Virus record (IMG/VR): IMGVR_UViG_3300027972_000007
Location: 32,001 to 96,000 of that record
Length of the DNA: 64,000 nucleotides
Strand: one strand, 5' to 3'
Source of the DNA: a virus
Below the pieces are notes generated by a model. It was not told where the DNA came from, searched no databases, and was given only the letters and a program-made list of their open reading frames with translations. The position numbers were made by a program, and so were the translations under genes. Position 1 is the stretch's first letter, and every line of letters begins with the position of its first letter. Below are positions 58,918 through 64,000 of the stretch, one piece after another.

Positions 58918-59694
58918 CTAAAATTTAAAATCTATTGGCTGGGATGCTCCGCCAGTTCCGAGTGCTTGAGACGTCGAAGAAACACTTTGTGAAATAAATT
59001 GTGCTAATTTAGCCAATTTCTTTTCGGAAACTTCGCCGACTGAAATATATTCATCTATTCCAGCATCATTTTTAAAAGTTTCTAAACACTTTTTAAAATG
59101 AGGATCGGTATCATTAACACCAATTAAAATGACCTTAATTGACTCCATCACCTCTTCTTTTTTTATTGCATTAATTGCTTCTTTCACGTCTGAAGTAAAA
59201 GATTTTGACGCATTGTCGTCGCCGTCAGTAATAACAAAAATAATGGCATTGGCATTAAAAACATTTTCTCCGTCATACAATTTTTTTGCATAATCTCTTG
59301 TCGTGTCAATTGCTTCGAGAGTTGCATCATACAGCGGAGTACTCCCACTTGGCTGAATAGTATTTTTAAAATTTACTGTATCTATTGTACTCAACAATGT
59401 AAATCCATGTATTTCTTCAATATCGCTATTGCGTCTGCCTGAATTTGCACTAAATGCGGTTGTTCTTGCAAGAAGATTTAAAGATCTCGGAGATCTTTTG
59501 CAAGATTCCATACAAGCTATTAACATCTGTTCCAACAAATCTTTAAACGGTTCAACCGAACCGGTTTTATCAACGACATTAGTGACAAAAGTGTATTCTG
59601 TTGCGCCGAGTTTATCAACAGAAATAGTAGTATAACCAAAACCTTGAAGGGTCTGGCTAACTTCGGTTGCATCAACTCCCATTAATTTTGGCAT
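58918..59694 (-). CDS. vWA domain protein (TerY-like)
   Basis: MIDAS DKTGS, G.TPLYDA, ITDG motifs. Confidence 0.85.
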   Translation of the reverse strand: MPKLMGVDATEVSQTLQGFGYTTISVDKLGATEYTFVTNVVDKTGSVEPFKDLLEQMLIACMESCKRSPRSLNLLARTTAFSANSGRRNSDIEEIHGFTLLSTIDTVNFKNTIQPSGSTPLYDATLEAIDTTRDYAKKLYDGENVFNANAIIFVITDGDDNASKSFTSDVKEAINAIKKEEVMESIKVILIGVNDTDPHFKKCLETFKNDAGIDEYISVGEVSEKKLAKLAQFISQSVSSTSQALGTGGASQPIDFKF

Positions 59695-59744
59695 AAAATT
59701 TCCTCCAATTAATTTTTAAATGTTATTAAAATTTACTTTTCAAT

Positions 59745-60569
59745 TTAAAAGAATGATGTCGTCGTGGAAATCTGCATTCCTTTTTGTTTGTACTCATCGA
59801 TGAAACTTTCTCCCATAAACTCACAACCAGGAACATTCGACGTCGCATCTTTAAGCAACACAAATTTCTTAATCTGGTCTGCAGAAAATTCAGAAAAAAC
59901 ATCGCGCATTGTATTTGCAAAACAGTGAGATAATGCTTCGCCTGCACCGAGAATAACATCATATTTTTTCAATATATTAATAAAAGGGGTATTTAATCTT
60001 GTCAATGGGTCATTAGGATCTTCGACATCGGCTTTCACTGCGCTATAATGTTCTGTAAAAGGATTTGATCCTTTTGTTGTTCTTGGCGCAACAGCATGAA
60101 ATCTATCTTCCCATTGATCTACTGCTTGTAGAAAAACAGATTCCAAACATTGTCCTGGTGAGCCAATTATACAATGTTCAGGCCAAATCATCAGTTTATA
60201 ACGCTTATTGTCGTCCAGAGCTTTCAAATATTTGAGATATCTTGCTTGAAAATCTGGATTATATGCTCTCCAATCACCTTTTTCAGCCATTTCATAAGTT
60301 AAGAAAGTAGGAACTGTGCTGCCTGAATTTAAAAAGATTGGCAGTGGATGCTTACCAGAATTATTTACCCAACATCTTGCATGTGCAATGTGAACCTTAT
60401 AATGACTATCCATCGTAATTTGAATTTCTTCAATATCGTCTCCATATTTTTTAATCATGGTTGCCAATCTCTTCATGTCTTCATCTGCACCAGGCACAAA
60501 CAAATTACCTTTTGGATTGCAGAAATCAAATTGTGGGTCGATTACCAACAAACAAACCTTTTTATTCAT
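59745..60569 (-). CDS. pncA: Nicotinamidase (isochorismatase family)
   Basis: LLVIDPQFDF, L.VPGA, DSH, WPEHC, KG, GEALSHC motifs. Confidence 0.85.
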   Translation of the reverse strand: MNKKVCLLVIDPQFDFCNPKGNLFVPGADEDMKRLATMIKKYGDDIEEIQITMDSHYKVHIAHARCWVNNSGKHPLPIFLNSGSTVPTFLTYEMAEKGDWRAYNPDFQARYLKYLKALDDNKRYKLMIWPEHCIIGSPGQCLESVFLQAVDQWEDRFHAVAPRTTKGSNPFTEHYSAVKADVEDPNDPLTRLNTPFINILKKYDVILGAGEALSHCFANTMRDVFSEFSADQIKKFVLLKDATSNVPGCEFMGESFIDEYKQKGMQISTTTSFF

Positions 60570-60592
60570 ATCAACTCCTTTAAAAGTTTTTA

Positions 60593-61765
60593 TTAAAATA
60601 TTTTCAAAATTTGTTTACATAGTTTTATTGTTTCAATATCGCCAGTATTTTTATTGGGGTCGTCTGATAATTTAACTGATTTTACCCATAAACCATCAAC
60701 CACACATTCAGTTAATTTAATAACAATATTTAGTGGTTTTGCTCCCACATCATTGGTAAACCATGTACCAACTCCATAAAAATCGTTTATAAAACCATTA
60801 CATGCTTTATGAATTACAGAAATTTGTGAAACACTTTTTAAATTATCTGAAAAAACTATTTGTTTCGTCTGCGAATCAATACTCAAATTATGATACTTCG
60901 AAATTATTTTTCTAGCAAATTCTATCGGATCGCCGCTATCTTGTCTAACTCCATCAAAAATTCTTGCATATAATGAATCAAAACTATTTAAAAAATTATT
61001 AGTAGTAAAAGTATCAGGTAAAGCAATACCTAAATTTCCTTTATAAACATCTACCCAATTTTTCATCGCCATTCGATTTGCCCACTGGAACCCGAAGCGT
61101 GCTGCATGAAATTGAGTCCATTCATGTGCTTGAGTTCCTATAGGTAATATATCAAATTCTTTTGCGATACTTAAATTGCTCGACCCAAATAAAAAATTTC
61201 CATGCTCAATAAAATCTCTAACAACATTAAAATGATTATTATAAGAAAATCTTCTTCTAGTACCAAAATCTGTAATAACAACATCAAGTTTATTTAATTC
61301 TTTTGCTTTTCTCTTATTATATAATCTCAAATCTTCTGCAGATTTTTGTGTTCCTGCAGTTTTTTCAAAATAAAGTTGAGATATAGTTGCCATTAAAGGC
61401 ACTTCCCAAAGAATAGTTCTATACCAGTAACCTTCGATATGAATTTTTAATTCTGAACCAACTTGTTCGATTATTACTTCGCTCGGATCATATTCATAAC
61501 CATCGAGAAAATCTAAATAAAATGGATTTAAATAATAACATTTCTGTCTTAAAAACTTCTTTTCTTCTTTTGTTAATTTAATTCCTCTGAAAGTTTCAAC
61601 TATTCGTTTTAATTCGTCTGCAAAACCATTAGGAAATGATCTATTATCCCTATTAAAAAATTCATATCTTACTACTTTATCTGGATATAATTTGCATACT
61701 GCATTTTGCATTGTAAATTTATATAAATCATTATCTAAAAAATCATTCACATATCCATTACTCAT
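60593..61765 (-). CDS. pncB: Nicotinate phosphoribosyltransferase
   Basis: DNDLYKFTMQ, DFGTRRR, GTQAHEW, GVRQDSGDP, NIVIKL, KLSD motifs. Confidence 0.95.
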   Translation of the reverse strand: MSNGYVNDFLDNDLYKFTMQNAVCKLYPDKVVRYEFFNRDNRSFPNGFADELKRIVETFRGIKLTKEEKKFLRQKCYYLNPFYLDFLDGYEYDPSEVIIEQVGSELKIHIEGYWYRTILWEVPLMATISQLYFEKTAGTQKSAEDLRLYNKRKAKELNKLDVVITDFGTRRRFSYNNHFNVVRDFIEHGNFLFGSSNLSIAKEFDILPIGTQAHEWTQFHAARFGFQWANRMAMKNWVDVYKGNLGIALPDTFTTNNFLNSFDSLYARIFDGVRQDSGDPIEFARKIISKYHNLSIDSQTKQIVFSDNLKSVSQISVIHKACNGFINDFYGVGTWFTNDVGAKPLNIVIKLTECVVDGLWVKSVKLSDDPNKNTGDIETIKLCKQILKIF

Positions 61766-62007
61766 AATGTCATTCCTTTATCACATTAGTTCAAGATTTA
61801 GTAATCGAATTTTCCAGTTAATTTAGTATATAATTTACGTAACAAATCGATTTGGTTGGCTATAACGTTGGGATATAGAGAACCGACCATCATACTTTTT
61901 AGTTCCGTTCGCGCTTTAATTTCTTCTTTGATTTTTTCTGGTTCTGTTAATCTTAAAGCGTTTTCGATTGACAACGTTTTTGGTAATGCCATGATTTTAT
62001 CCTCATC

Positions 62008-62325
62008 TTATAGTATTGTAACATCAAAATCTTTAAAATGCTGCGACATAATATATGCAGTAAAAGCTATTTTATATTCATTTTCGATATTTGAAGTTAA
62101 TAAAGCTCTTAAATATCTCATTATTTTTTTCTTATCTTCAAATTCAGGTATTAAAATATCTATATGATCTCTTGTTAATTTTTCCTTTATCCATAAAGAA
62201 ACAAATTTATTCCATTTATTATTTTTTGTTTTAAATGTATGCGGAATTTCTTCATATTTTAATGTATATAAAGATTCGTTACCACAAATTACTGACCAAT
62301 TATCGACATCTTTAATTTCTATCAT
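62008..62325 (-). CDS. Hypothetical protein
   Basis: GAGG RBS; upstream in the NAD operon. Confidence 0.55.
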   Translation of the reverse strand: MIEIKDVDNWSVICGNESLYTLKYEEIPHTFKTKNNKWNKFVSLWIKEKLTRDHIDILIPEFEDKKKIMRYLRALLTSNIENEYKIAFTAYIMSQHFKDFDVTIL

Positions 62326-62815
62326 TCAATCCTCATAAACATCAATTCCACAAATATTTTCGTCTTGCCATTGAAATTTGAAAATGTATATTGTATTATT
62401 ATATTTTATTTTTATTTCTTCTGTTGGATATGCAACTTTTTTAATTACTGTTCTAAAAATAGAAAAAAATTTTGAATGTTCATTAACAAAAATTTCTTTC
62501 ATGATATTTTCTTTTTCTTGTTCTTTTTTAAAACAATTTTTTCTAAATCAGTTATTCTCTTTTTAAGTTTTTTAAACTCTTCTTGAATTACATATAACGA
62601 TCCGAGCATTTGATTAGATTGAATTGGAGGATCTGGAAATAATTCCGGAGCTTTATATGGATTTTTTTCCACACGAAGTTTCATACACTCTTCATTTGCT
62701 TTTTCTATTAAAGTCATATCAATCTCCTGTTTAACTTGTTCAATTTCTTTTCATGTTATAATATATATTATAAAAAGAAATAAGTCAATAAGTATTTTAA
62801 ATTATTTTTGATATA

Positions 62816-63136
62816 TTATATAGCTATAAAATCTTTATTATCAATATCGGGATTGTGGTATATTAAATTATCTTGTTTAATTGTTTGTTCCATTAATTCT
62901 CTACCACAATTTTGAAACCCTTTTTGATATGTCTCATTTAATAAATCATTCATAAATTTAATAAACGTATCATTTGACCCATATTTATCTTTATATATCC
63001 CACCTTTAAGAGAACAAATAAATTGGTTTTTATATTTAATCACAAATTTTTCATAACCATCTTCTAATTCTTCTTCTACTGTATATGGTTTTTCTAAAGT
63101 AATGCAACCACAAATACAACCTTCTTGTTTATTCAT
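62816..63136 (-). CDS. Hypothetical protein
   Basis: GGAGG RBS. Confidence 0.55.
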   Translation of the reverse strand: MNKQEGCICGCITLEKPYTVEEELEDGYEKFVIKYKNQFICSLKGGIYKDKYGSNDTFIKFMNDLLNETYQKGFQNCGRELMEQTIKQDNLIYHNPDIDNKDFIAI

Positions 63137-63138
63137 AT

Positions 63139-64000
63139 TTAAATTTCCTCCATAGTAAATTTTAAAGATTGTGATTTTTCCTTCTTTTCTTTTTCTTCTT
63201 CAACATCATTAAACCAAATTTTCTTTTCTTTTAAAATCTCATTTTTTCCTGTAAACATTGAACTGTTTTCGTCATAAATAAATTCGGCATTATCTTTAAA
63301 ATAATCAATTTTAAATATATATCCAATTTCAATGTAATTATCTATTATTGTCAAATAATTTTTTTCTAAACTAAAATTATTTAATGTTTGTATTATATTA
63401 CCAAATAATTTAGTTGAAGGATTAAATGTATTATTCAATAACATAATATATGGTGTTTTTATTTCATTAAAAAATTCAGAATTAATTTCTTTTGAAACTT
63501 CGTCTATTTTAAAATATTTAATGAAATTTTTATACTTTTCTAAATCTAAATTACTTTCAACATTCTCATCAATTAAAATTAAATCAAATATTCCTAAATC
63601 TTTAAATGTTTTTTTGATCATTTTTTTTACTATTTCAATATCATTTTTTTCTTTTTTAATCATATAAAATGTTAATATTTTTTTATTTTTCTCTCCAAAT
63701 TCTTCAATTAATGAAGTATATTCAAAACAATTTAAATTATTTTTCTTATTACCACAAATTACTATTTTAATATTTTTTCCTTCAATCTGCTTTTCTAATG
63801 TTTTCCAAAAACCTTTTTTTGCTTCTGAAAGATTCGATTCTATACCTATAATGATAATTTTTTTATACCCTAATTCAATTGCCATTTTAACAGTATTAGT
63901 TTCATTATTAGAGCATTCATTATTAAGATAATTTATACTGAAAGGTTTTGACAAATCAAGTATAATAGTTTTATCATTAGTATCATTTTTACTGTCTTCA
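63139..64000 (-). CDS. 5'-truncated protein, possibly glycosyltransferase-related
   Basis: Frame stays open to the window edge; AIELGYKKIIIIG motif and a GT2-like C-terminal pattern. Confidence 0.45.
   Translation of the reverse strand, partial: EDSKNDTNDKTIILDLSKPFSINYLNNECSNNETNTVKMAIELGYKKIIIIGIESNLSEAKKGFWKTLEKQIEGKNIKIVICGNKKNNLNCFEYTSLIEEFGEKNKKILTFYMIKKEKNDIEIVKKMIKKTFKDLGIFDLILIDENVESNLDLEKYKNFIKYFKIDEVSKEINSEFFNEIKTPYIMLLNNTFNPSTKLFGNIIQTLNNFSLEKNYLTIIDNYIEIGYIFKIDYFKDNAEFIYDENSSMFTGKNEILKEKKIWFNDVEEEKEKKEKSQSLKFTMEEI

Noticed and set aside
1-64000. Alternative genetic code (stop-codon reassignment) as in some jumbo phages
   Set aside because: Conserved genes are intact in code 11; TAG and TGA end genes at tight junctions; no CTA/TCA/TTA-anticodon tRNA was found

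Overview
This window is a very AT-rich segment of a large T4-like (jumbo) myophage genome in the standard genetic code; TAA, TAG and TGA all act as stops. 1-18.5 kb (+): baseplate/tail module (hub, gp5-like spike, long mosaic fibre, gp25, gp6, PKD/beta-rich appendages, split gp7-like, gp3-like) and RegA. 18.5-25 kb (+): small accessory genes, including four probable capsid-targeted internal proteins, UDG, a glycosyltransferase, a phosphoesterase and a pentapeptide-repeat protein. 25.2-29.3 kb (+): an array of 22 tRNAs interrupted by an HNH gene and a TnpB element. 29.4-43 kb: small ORFs driven by a repeated TTGACT/palindrome promoter, converging on a repeat-rich non-coding zone and a strand switch at 33.3-35.2 kb. 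43-64 kb (-): tRNA-Leu, CCA-adding enzyme, nucleotide-sugar genes with a split transketolase, NAD-dependent ligase, and a complete PncA-PncB-NadD-NadE NAD salvage pathway wrapped around a vWA-PP2C-kinase triad. Best candidate for a new system: a 41-codon leader ORF using all 20 amino acids (29 different codons), whose end overlaps an antiterminator/terminator switch directly upstream of the tRNA array. This looks like a pan-tRNA-sensing attenuator. All calls come from reading motifs by eye; no searches or folding programs were run.
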